DNA from: an uncultured Gemmatimonadaceae bacterium
GTDB lineage: Bacteria > Gemmatimonadota > Gemmatimonadetes > Longimicrobiales > Gaopeijiaceae
NCBI GenBank assembly: GCA_964409525.1
Contig: CAYPDV010000002.1
Span: forward strand, 4,047-64,048
Reading direction: 5' to 3'
Length of the DNA stretch: 60,002 bases
Part shown: positions 9,211-16,263 of the stretch, one piece after another
Position numbering within the stretch: the stretch's first letter is position 1
How the letters are laid out: each line of letters begins with the position of its first letter
Program-made: the position numbers and the translations under genes
Notes under the pieces: model-generated
The model's input: the letters and a program-made list of their open reading frames with translations, nothing else
What the model was told of the DNA's origin: nothing
Databases searched by the model: none

Positions 9211-9545
9211 CGGCCTGGATCGCGTCGATGGACGCCGAGACCCTCTGGTGGATCAGCCTCGGGGTCGGAGCGGTGGTGGCCGGTGTCGTCGCCCTCCTCC
9301 TCGCCTGGATCGTGCGCTCGGCCGACGCCATCCGTCGCACCGTGGCGGAGATATGGGTGCAGGGCCCCTACGTCGCGAACAACACCGCCCACCTGGACCT
9401 GCTCCGCCGCATCGGCGTCGCGGGAGACCGTGCCGTGCGGGAGGTGGGCCGGGCGAGCGACGCGGTGGGCCGCCTCCGGGAGCACGCGGCCGGATGCCCC
9501 GGCTGCCCCTGGTGCGTGACCGGCTGGGAGGGAGGGAGACGATGA
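9207..9545 (+). CDS. Small single-pass membrane protein 2 of 5, C-terminal CPGCPWC motif
   Basis: 112 aa. TM helix WWISLGVGAVVAGVVALLLAWIV, a helical tail, and a C-terminal GCPGCPWCVTGW. ATGA overlaps on both sides. Confidence 0.7.
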   Translation: MTAWIASMDAETLWWISLGVGAVVAGVVALLLAWIVRSADAIRRTVAEIWVQGPYVANNTAHLDLLRRIGVAGDRAVREVGRASDAVGRLREHAAGCPGCPWCVTGWEGGRR

Positions 9546-9868
9546 CGCTCCTCACGGTGCTCACCATCGTGCTCGTCCTCCTCCTGGTGGCGATCCTCGT
9601 GGTCGGCCTGCTCCGTATCATCGGCCTCCTCGAGGCGATCGGGGGCGGGCAGATCAGCTACATGGGCGAGAACATGGGCGACCGGATGAGCGGTCTCGCC
9701 AAGATCCGCTGGGGCCTCCGGGCCATCGAGCGACAGACGGGCTCCATCGGGCCCTCGACCCAGCAGGTGGACGGAGTGCTGGAGCGGATGGACGGCGGTC
9801 TGGCGGAGGTGGAGGAGGGGATGGACGCCCTCCTCTCCCACCTCGAGGCGCAGGGGGCGGGCCGATGA
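9542..9868 (+). CDS. Small single-pass membrane protein 3 of 5
   Basis: 108 aa from the in-frame ATG at 9542 of ORF 9110..9868. MTLLTVLTIVLVLLLVAILVVGLLRIIGLL TM helix, then a helical tail. ATGA overlaps on both sides. Confidence 0.7.
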   Translation: MTLLTVLTIVLVLLLVAILVVGLLRIIGLLEAIGGGQISYMGENMGDRMSGLAKIRWGLRAIERQTGSIGPSTQQVDGVLERMDGGLAEVEEGMDALLSHLEAQGAGR

Positions 9869-10230
9869 GCGTGCGCCTGACCGACTCGACGGCCGTCCTC
9901 GCCCTCTGGTGGATCGCCCTCGGACTGACGGTCCTCGTGATCGTCCCCCTCACGATCTATCTCCTGCATCGCACGCTGCGAGCGTCCCGCCAGATCCGGC
10001 GGCTCACGCACGAGGCGCTCGCGGCGGGCGGCGGGATCGCCGACCACGTGGGCTCGCTGGCCGCCCTGCGCGGCACCGTCGAGAAGGCGCGCGTGCTGCC
10101 GGACCACGGATCCCGGCTGGAGGAGCGGGCGGCTCGGCTCGAGGGGGTCCTCGCCGGGCGAAGGGGCGACGCCTCCGCCGAGGGCCCGGGGAGCCCGCCG
10201 GCCGGTCCCGCGTCAGGAGCGCTGCCATGA
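9865..10230 (+). CDS. Small single-pass membrane protein 4 of 5
   Basis: 121 aa. TM helix AVLALWWIALGLTVLVIVPLTIYLL, then a helical Arg/Ala-rich tail. ATGA overlaps on both sides. Confidence 0.7.
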   Translation: MSVRLTDSTAVLALWWIALGLTVLVIVPLTIYLLHRTLRASRQIRRLTHEALAAGGGIADHVGSLAALRGTVEKARVLPDHGSRLEERAARLEGVLAGRRGDASAEGPGSPPAGPASGALP

Positions 10231-10490
10231 TCCTCTACTGGTCGACCCTGGCGGTGATCGGGGCCGTGGTCCTGGTGCTCGCCGGCTACCTGATCGCCAT
10301 CGCGTGGACCCTCTGGATGGCGCGCGTCCACGTCCGGGACCTCGCCGACGGCCTGGAGCGGGTGGCGGAGCGCACCGACGGCGTCGACGTACCCGTGGCG
10401 GAGCTCCGGGACGTGATGTCCCGGACCGAGTCGTCCTTCGCGGCGGTCCGGAAGCACCTCGCCGCCGCCGCCACCACCTTCGAGCGCTGA
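10227..10490 (+). CDS. Small single-pass membrane protein 5 of 5
   Basis: 87 aa from the in-frame ATG at 10227 of ORF 9909..10490. MILYWSTLAVIGAVVLVLAGYLIAIAWTLW TM helix plus a helical tail. ATGA overlap with the previous ORF. Confidence 0.7.
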   Translation: MILYWSTLAVIGAVVLVLAGYLIAIAWTLWMARVHVRDLADGLERVAERTDGVDVPVAELRDVMSRTESSFAAVRKHLAAAATTFER

Positions 10491-10517
10491 GCCGACCCGC
10501 CCTCCTCCGAGCCCGCC

Positions 10518-12419
10518 ATGTGCTTCAAGAACCTTCCGATCGACTTCGACGAGAACGGCACCGCCACCCTCCGGGAGGCGATTCCGGATCCGTACACCCA
10601 GAAGGAGATCCGGCACAGCGCACCGAAGCAGCTCGACCGGGACCAGATCGAGGAGCTCCTGGCGAAGAACGGCTACATCGAAGCGAAGGACTTCGATCCG
10701 GTGACCCGCGTCGCCGGGGCCCTCGCCTTCCACACCGTCTGCGACCTCGAGAAGGGGGAGGTGCTCGAGGCCCGCTCCATGGGCACCCTCTTCCGGGGCT
10801 ACGAGATCATCGCCATGGGGCGGGACCCGCGGGACGCCATCTACATCACGAGCCGCGCATGCGGGGTCTGCGGCGGAGTGCACTCCACGTGCTCGGCGAT
10901 GGCGATCGAGATGGCCTTCGGGATCTCGCCACCCCCGCTGGGCATCGTGATCCGCAACATGGCGCTGGCCCTCGAGTTCCTCTACGACCACCCGCTCCAC
11001 CTCTTCCTGCTCGCCGGCCCCGACTACTCGGAGAAGGTCGTCCGGCAGACGAATCCGTCGTACTGGGACCGCGCGCAGGGGTGGTCGTGTCCCTCCTCGG
11101 AGCTCCACGGCTTCGACACCATGGCCGAGCTGATGACGGAGATGAATCCGCTCACCGGCAGCCTCTACCTCGAGGCGCTGCACATGACGCGGGTCACCCG
11201 GGAGGCCTACGCCCTCATCTGCGGCAAGTACCCGCACCCCCAGACCATCGTCCCCGGGGGGATGAGCACCACGGTCGACCCGACCGTGATGAACGAGGTC
11301 TACAACCGGCTCCGGAAGTTCTTCGACTACTCGCAGAAGGTGGTGGGGATCTGGGACGACCTCACCGAGTTCTTCTACGACATGGAGCCCCGGCAGCGGG
11401 AGGTCGGATCGCGGTCGAGGAACCTCGTCGACACCGGCATCTTCGACCACCACGAGGCGTACGACGCGAAGTACGAGAACGCCGGGACGTGGGGCCGGCG
11501 CCGCTGGCTCACGCCGGGCGTGATCGTCGACGGTGAGCTGGTGACCACCGACCTCCACCAGATCAACATGGGGGTCGAAGAGTTCGTGGAGCACTCCTTC
11601 TACGAGGAGTGGGGCTCGGAGCGTCATCCCACCGACTCCCTGGGCAACCCGCTGAGCCGCTACCATCCGTGGAACCAGGAGACCCGCCCGAAGCCGACCG
11701 GCCAGAACTGGCGGGAGAAGTACTCCTGGGCGAAGTCGCCCCGGTGGGACCGCCAGTCCATGGAGGCGGGCTCCTACGCCCGCCTCTGGACGACCGCGCT
11801 GGCGCAGGAGCACCCGGAGAGCCGGTACCTGGAGGCCACCGGGCACTCCCTCCGGATGCGGGTTCCCCGGGGCTCGCTTCCGGAGAGGGAGCTCGAATGG
11901 CACGTCCCCGAGAGCTGGAACGCCTTCGAGCGGAACCGGGCCCGGGCCTACTGCATCCCGGAGACCGCGCTGATCGCCCTGGCCAACTGGGAGATCGGCA
12001 TGGACCTGATGAAGCGCGGCGAGACGAAGGTGTCCACCCCCTTCGAGGTCCCGAAGAAGGGGCGGCAGGTGGGGGTCGGCTTCTGGGGGGCCGGCCGGGG
12101 CTGGCTCACGCACCACCTGGAGCTCCAGGACGGCAAGATCGCGAACTACCAGATCGTCACACCCTCCACCTGGAACGCCTCGCCGCAGGATCCGTGGGGA
12201 AACCCCGGCCCCTACGAGGAGGCCGTCCTCAACACGCCGATCCTGGAGGAGCGGGAGGAGAACGGGAGCGGGGGCGGCTCCTTCCGCGGAGTCGACATCC
12301 TGCGGACCATCCGGAGCTTCGATCCGTGCATGCCGTGCACCACGCACATGCACGTCGACGGCACGGACCGCGTGGTCACCACCGAGGTCAACACCTGTGC
12401 GTGCGGGGTGGAGGATTGA
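10518..12419 (+). CDS. [NiFe]-hydrogenase large (catalytic) subunit, group 1h/1l-like
   Basis: 633 aa. N-terminal DPVTRVAG. L1 motif TSRACGVCGGVHS (Cys codons at 10859 and 10868). C-terminal L2 motif SFDPCMPCTTH (Cys codons at 12327 and 12336), followed by a 23-aa tail (MHVDGTDRVVTTEVNTCACGVED) of the kind removed by the maturation endopeptidase. Confidence 0.95.
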   Translation: MCFKNLPIDFDENGTATLREAIPDPYTQKEIRHSAPKQLDRDQIEELLAKNGYIEAKDFDPVTRVAGALAFHTVCDLEKGEVLEARSMGTLFRGYEIIAMGRDPRDAIYITSRACGVCGGVHSTCSAMAIEMAFGISPPPLGIVIRNMALALEFLYDHPLHLFLLAGPDYSEKVVRQTNPSYWDRAQGWSCPSSELHGFDTMAELMTEMNPLTGSLYLEALHMTRVTREAYALICGKYPHPQTIVPGGMSTTVDPTVMNEVYNRLRKFFDYSQKVVGIWDDLTEFFYDMEPRQREVGSRSRNLVDTGIFDHHEAYDAKYENAGTWGRRRWLTPGVIVDGELVTTDLHQINMGVEEFVEHSFYEEWGSERHPTDSLGNPLSRYHPWNQETRPKPTGQNWREKYSWAKSPRWDRQSMEAGSYARLWTTALAQEHPESRYLEATGHSLRMRVPRGSLPERELEWHVPESWNAFERNRARAYCIPETALIALANWEIGMDLMKRGETKVSTPFEVPKKGRQVGVGFWGAGRGWLTHHLELQDGKIANYQIVTPSTWNASPQDPWGNPGPYEEAVLNTPILEEREENGSGGGSFRGVDILRTIRSFDPCMPCTTHMHVDGTDRVVTTEVNTCACGVED

Positions 12420-12444
12420 GGCCCGCTCGAAGGGGGGCCGCTCC

Positions 12445-13080
12445 GTGAGACCGCTCCGGGTGGATCCGGCGAACGCCGCCGGACCCCGCGTCCTGGTGGG
12501 CGGCGTCGGCTACTCCTTCCTCCGCGACTTCTCGGTGGGCCCGGTGCTCTCCGGTGAGCTCGTGGAGGAGTCGTGGCCCGCCGGGGTGGTGGTGGAGGAC
12601 CTCCACTACGGACCCGTGGCCGTCGCGCAGCGCCTCATGGAGGAGAGCCCCTCCTTCGATCGGGTCGTCGTGTTCGGGGCGGTCCGGCGCGGGCGTCCGG
12701 CCGGCACCGTCCACGCCTACCGGTGGAGCGGAGAGCTCCCCGACGAGGAGGAGCTCCAGGCCCGGGTGTCGGAGGCGGTGACCGGCGTGGTGGGCCTGGA
12801 CAACCTCGTCCTCGTCACGGCGGCTCTGGACACGCTTCCCGGCGAGGTGGCCGTGGTGGAGGTCGAGCCCGCGGTGGAGGAGGCGGGCGAGGAGTTCAGC
12901 CCGGCGGTCGCGGAGTCCCTCGAGCGGATCCGCGCCCGGGTGCGGGAGGCCGCCGGGACGGGGTTCCACCGGTTGCCGGTGGAGCCCCTCGCCGGGGACG
13001 CGGGGGAGACCGCGCCTCGCCGCGGCCCGGGTTCGAGCGCGGAGTCCGAGACGGAGACCGTGGGCGAGGTGGGGGCATGA
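12445..13080 (+). CDS. Degenerate hydrogenase-maturation-protease-like protein (probable pseudo-protease or chaperone)
   Basis: Layout RVLVGGVGYSFLRDFSVGPVL ... FDRVVVFGAVRRG ... parallels the HybD/HupD blocks (vLvlGiGN..DDg.G ... d.vilvDA). The acidic/His metal-ligand positions are replaced. Preferred start is GTG 12445 after GAAGGGGGG. The track ORF starts at 12397, overlapping the large subunit. Confidence 0.6.
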   Translation: MRPLRVDPANAAGPRVLVGGVGYSFLRDFSVGPVLSGELVEESWPAGVVVEDLHYGPVAVAQRLMEESPSFDRVVVFGAVRRGRPAGTVHAYRWSGELPDEEELQARVSEAVTGVVGLDNLVLVTAALDTLPGEVAVVEVEPAVEEAGEEFSPAVAESLERIRARVREAAGTGFHRLPVEPLAGDAGETAPRRGPGSSAESETETVGEVGA

Positions 13081-13805
13081 CCTCTCCCGATCTCGAGGAG
13101 GTGGTGGCCCGCCTGGACCGCATGGTGGCCGAGGCCGAGGCGCACGACGACCCCCGGATCCGGGAGTGGGCGTCGGGAATGGTCGAGTCGCTGGCCCGGC
13201 TCCACGGGGAGGGCCTCCGGCGCCTCACGGCGCTCCTTGTCGGGCATGGCGAGCTCCTCCGGCAGGCTCTGGAGGACCCGGTGGTGGCGAACCTCCTCCT
13301 GCTTCACGACGCCACGATCGGAGAGGAGGGGAGGAGCGTGGTGGAGGTGACGGAGCGGACCTCGGGGGCAGGGGAGGGTGCGGGGCCGGCCTCCTTCCGG
13401 GTCCGGATGGACGACGGGGCGGCGGCCTCCTTCGTGCCGCTCGAGAAGGTGCAGCGACTCGATCGGAAGCTGAGGAACGGGACGGCGGGGCCGGCCCCCT
13501 CCCGTAGGGTGGCGGCAGGACACGTCGCCGAGGTGGAGCCGGGCTCCCTGCGGGGGATCCTCGAGGACGGCGCCGCGATCCTTCTCGCGCGGGTGGGCGA
13601 TTCCCTACGGGCGTACCGCAACGCCTGTCCCGGCTCCATCCTCCCGCTCCACCTCGGGGCCCGGGACGGCGACGTGGTGCGCTGCCCCTGGCACGGGTGC
13701 CGCTTCCACCTGGACGACGGGTCCGCGGTCGAGGGACAGGGGCCGGGCCTGGACCCCCTTCCCGTGGAGGTGAAGGGCGACGAGGTCTGGGTGGTGGTTC
13801 GATGA
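13077..13805 (+). CDS. Hydrogenase-associated protein with C-terminal Rieske-like [2Fe-2S] domain (HhyE/HylE-like)
   Basis: 242 aa from the in-frame ATG 13077 of ORF 12573..13805 (ATGA overlap). The C-terminus has CPGSILPLH ...17 aa... CPWHGCRFHLDDG. The second Rieske box is canonical and the first lacks the usual C-x-H histidine. The N-terminal about 80 aa are a helical domain. Confidence 0.75.
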   Translation: MTSPDLEEVVARLDRMVAEAEAHDDPRIREWASGMVESLARLHGEGLRRLTALLVGHGELLRQALEDPVVANLLLLHDATIGEEGRSVVEVTERTSGAGEGAGPASFRVRMDDGAAASFVPLEKVQRLDRKLRNGTAGPAPSRRVAAGHVAEVEPGSLRGILEDGAAILLARVGDSLRAYRNACPGSILPLHLGARDGDVVRCPWHGCRFHLDDGSAVEGQGPGLDPLPVEVKGDEVWVVVR

Positions 13806-14311
13806 GCCCCCCCGCAGCGGGCCCGGTCTCCGCGACCCGCACGCTCGTCGCGGGAATGGGAAACGTCCTGGAGGAGGACGACGGCTTCGGCGTGCGAGTG
13901 CTCGAGGCTCTGGCCCACGAGGAGCTCCCGGAAGGCGTGCGGCTGACGGAGGTCGGCACCGGAGGGATCCACCTCGTCCAGGACCTGATGGACGGCTACG
14001 ACGCGCTGATCCTGGTGGACGCGGTGGACCGGGAGGGCGAGCCGGGAACCGTCTATACGCTCCGGCCGGAGGTGCCGGATCTGGACGACTTCGACGAGGA
14101 CGAGCGCGGCCGGTTCCTGGCCGACACGCACTACACCGTGCCGGCCAAGGTCCTGGTGATGGCACAGGCCTTGGGAATCCTTCCCGAACGGCTCTACATT
14201 GTGGGGTGCCAGCCGGGAAGGACGGAGCTCGGGCTCGACCTGACCGAGAGGGTCGACCGGGCGGTGGGGCGGGGGGTCGCCGAGGTCCGGCGGCTGCTGG
14301 AGTGCCATTGA
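13802..14311 (+). CDS. [NiFe]-hydrogenase maturation endopeptidase (HybD/HupD family)
   Basis: 169 aa from ATG 13802 (ATGA overlap). TLVAGMGNVLEEDDGFGVRV, ALILVDAVDREGEPGTVY and LADTHYTVPAKVL are the canonical blocks, including the Glu/Asp, Asp and His metal ligands. Confidence 0.9.
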   Translation: MSPPAAGPVSATRTLVAGMGNVLEEDDGFGVRVLEALAHEELPEGVRLTEVGTGGIHLVQDLMDGYDALILVDAVDREGEPGTVYTLRPEVPDLDDFDEDERGRFLADTHYTVPAKVLVMAQALGILPERLYIVGCQPGRTELGLDLTERVDRAVGRGVAEVRRLLECH

Positions 14312-14369
14312 AGAAGCGCGGCGGGTCGTACGCGGAGGAAACTCGCCGATTCGAGACCAGGGAGGAGCG

Positions 14370-14963
14370 ATGAACCCGACAGGCACGCCGAGCGCTCCGG
14401 AAACACCGGAGCCCGGAAGCACTCGGGGCCGATCCGGGGGAGGAAGGGGCTGGACCGCCTTCCGGGTGGCGCTGGCCCTCTCCGCCCTCTGGCTCACGGG
14501 GTACGTCGCCTTCCGGTACTCCGTCTTCAACGCGCCGGACCACGGCACGGCGTACTTCTACATCTTCCCCGCCTCCCTGGTGCTGGCGGCGGTGGCCCTG
14601 GTGCTCGCCTTCCGTCCCTTCCTCCTCTCGCGGATGCCGGGGATCGGCGGGACGGCCCTCCGGGGCACCCTCACCGCCTACGGGGCCGTCTGGATGGCGA
14701 GCGGTGTCGCCTGCACCCTCTCCCTCCTGGAGGGGATCGCGATCGCCCCCCTCGGAGGGAGCATCGACATGATCCACATGGTCAGCGATCACGTCTTCCT
14801 CCCCCTCGCGGTCGCGACGCTGGCCTGGGCGCCGGGATGGCTCGCCGCGAGGCTCGGGGCGAGCTCCGCGGTGCGCGAGGCCGCCAGAAGCGCGGGACGG
14901 CCGGGCGCCCGGATGCCCGGCTCCCCGGTCGCCGGGAAGACGGGAGGCTCGATCCGTGGCTGA
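14370..14963 (+). CDS. Hypothetical integral membrane protein (about 4 TM), hydrogenase-cluster associated
   Basis: 197 aa. RBS GGAGGAG before the ATG. Four hydrophobic segments, with His residues in APDHG and DMIHMVSDH. No recognisable family. Confidence 0.6.
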   Translation: MNPTGTPSAPETPEPGSTRGRSGGGRGWTAFRVALALSALWLTGYVAFRYSVFNAPDHGTAYFYIFPASLVLAAVALVLAFRPFLLSRMPGIGGTALRGTLTAYGAVWMASGVACTLSLLEGIAIAPLGGSIDMIHMVSDHVFLPLAVATLAWAPGWLAARLGASSAVREAARSAGRPGARMPGSPVAGKTGGSIRG

Positions 14964-15381
14964 GGGGATCGCCGGGGGGGCTCCCGACGTGCCTGACGGA
15001 ACCTCGGGCTCGGACGCCGGGCTCCGCCGCCGGGACGAGGTCCTCCAGATCCTCTTCTGGATGCGGGGGGAGGGGCTGGGTGACAGCACCACTCCGGCGG
15101 ACCTCCTGCCCCTCCTGGGCGAGGGAGCGGCCGAGCTGGAGACGACGCTCCACGCCCTGCGGGAGATGGGCCTCGTCGAGCGTACGGAGGACGAGCGGTA
15201 CCGGCTGACGGACAGGGGGGTCGCCGAGGGCGGCCGCCGGTTCGCGGACGAGTTCAGCGGCCTCACCGCCCAGGCTCACGGCGAGTGCGCCGATCCGGAC
15301 TGCGACTGTCACGACGATCCCGCCGCCGCGATCGACTGTCTGGCCCGACGCCACGGCCACGACGCCCACACCCCCGCCTGA
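14956..15381 (+). CDS. Winged-helix (MarR/DtxR-like fold) protein with Cys/His-rich C-terminal tail
   Basis: 141 aa. GTG start overlaps the previous stop by 8 nt. LQILFWMRGEGLGDS...LHALREMGLVERTEDERYRLTDRG looks like a wHTH. The tail HGECADPDCDCHDDP...RRHGHDAH is metal-ligand-rich. Confidence 0.6.
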   Translation: MAEGIAGGAPDVPDGTSGSDAGLRRRDEVLQILFWMRGEGLGDSTTPADLLPLLGEGAAELETTLHALREMGLVERTEDERYRLTDRGVAEGGRRFADEFSGLTAQAHGECADPDCDCHDDPAAAIDCLARRHGHDAHTPA

Positions 15382-15411
15382 CCCGGAATCCCCCGAAGGG
15401 AGAGTACGAGC

Positions 15412-16194
15412 ATGCACGTGGCCATCGCGGGAAAGGGAGGGACCGGAAAGACCACCCTGTCGGCCATCCTCTGCCGGACGCTGGCCCGACAGGGGCGGGG
15501 CGTCCTGGCCGTGGACGCCGACTCGAATCCGAACCTGGCGGCGGTGCTCGGCTTCGAGCGCGTCGCCGATCTGCCCGAAGGGCTCCCCCGGAGCCTCCTC
15601 GAGCGGGTCGAGGAGCCGGACGGGACCACCCGGCTGGCCCTGACCCGGCCGGTGGGCGAGGTGCTGGAGGAGTACGGCCGCACGGGCCCGGACGGGGTGC
15701 GGCTGATGGTGATGGAGGCCGTCGGCCACGGGGGCGGCGGGTGAATGTGCTCCGCCCACGCCGCGGTCCGCGGCTTCGTCGGAGAGATCGTCTCGGCGCC
15801 GGAGGCCGTCGGTGACGTCGTGCTCGACATGGAGGCCGGGCTCGAGCACCTGAGCCGGGGCACCGGGCGGCACGTGGACGCCGTCGTCGCCGTCCTCGAG
15901 CCCTACTACCGCGCCCTGGAGACGGGCCGGCGGGTCGTCGAGCTCGCGCGCGAGCTCGGGATCCGCCATACCTTCGGAGTCGCGAACAAGGTGCGGGGAG
16001 GCCCCGACCGCGAGGCGCTGGAGGAGTTCGCGGAGCGCCACGAGCTCACCCTGCTGGGCGAGGTCCCCTGGGACGAGACCCTCCTGGAGGCGGAGCGGGC
16101 CGGCAGCGCACCGGTGGACCACGCGCCGGACGCGCCGGCCGTGCGGGCGGTGCGGCAGGTGACGGAGCGCCTGCAGGAGCGGATCGAGGCGTGA
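15412..16194 (+). CDS. CooC-type (MinD/ParA-class) Ni-insertion ATPase with one in-frame TGA at the CxC metal site: candidate selenoprotein, otherwise a split gene or pseudogene
   Basis: ORFs 15412..15744 and 15745..16194 are in the same frame, separated only by TGA 15742-15744. Deviant Walker A AIAGKGGTGKTT. VLDMEAGLEHLSRGT and VANKVR blocks align with the CODH accessory protein CooC. The TGA falls where CooC has the first Cys of G-G-x-x-C-x-C; here the sequence is GGGG-[TGA]-M-C-SAH. Confidence 0.8.
15750..15784 (+). other. SECIS-like extended hairpin immediately downstream of the in-frame UGA
   Basis: Lower stem CUCCG (15750-15754) pairs with CGGAG (15780-15784). A 5x5 internal loop follows. 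Upper stem GCCGCG (15760-15765) pairs with CGCGGC (15769-15774). The apical sequence GGUC lies 24-27 nt from the U of the UGA. Confidence 0.45.
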
Positions 16195-16263
16195 GCGACC
16201 GGATCGAGGCGTGAGGTGCCGGCCCGCGCGGACCGAGACGAGACCCGAAACACGGAGCGAGGA

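Noticed and set aside
12321-12347. [NiFeSe]-type large subunit (Sec in the C-terminal DPxxxC motif)
   Set aside because: Both L2 cysteines are ordinary TGC codons (12327 and 12336), and there is no in-frame TGA in the large subunit.
15742-15744. TGA reassigned genome-wide (e.g. to Trp or Gly) as the explanation for the in-frame TGA in cooC
   Set aside because: TGA terminates the majority of confidently called genes in this window, including all the ATGA/GTGA overlaps, so the standard code applies. Only local recoding (Sec), mutation or a split gene remain.
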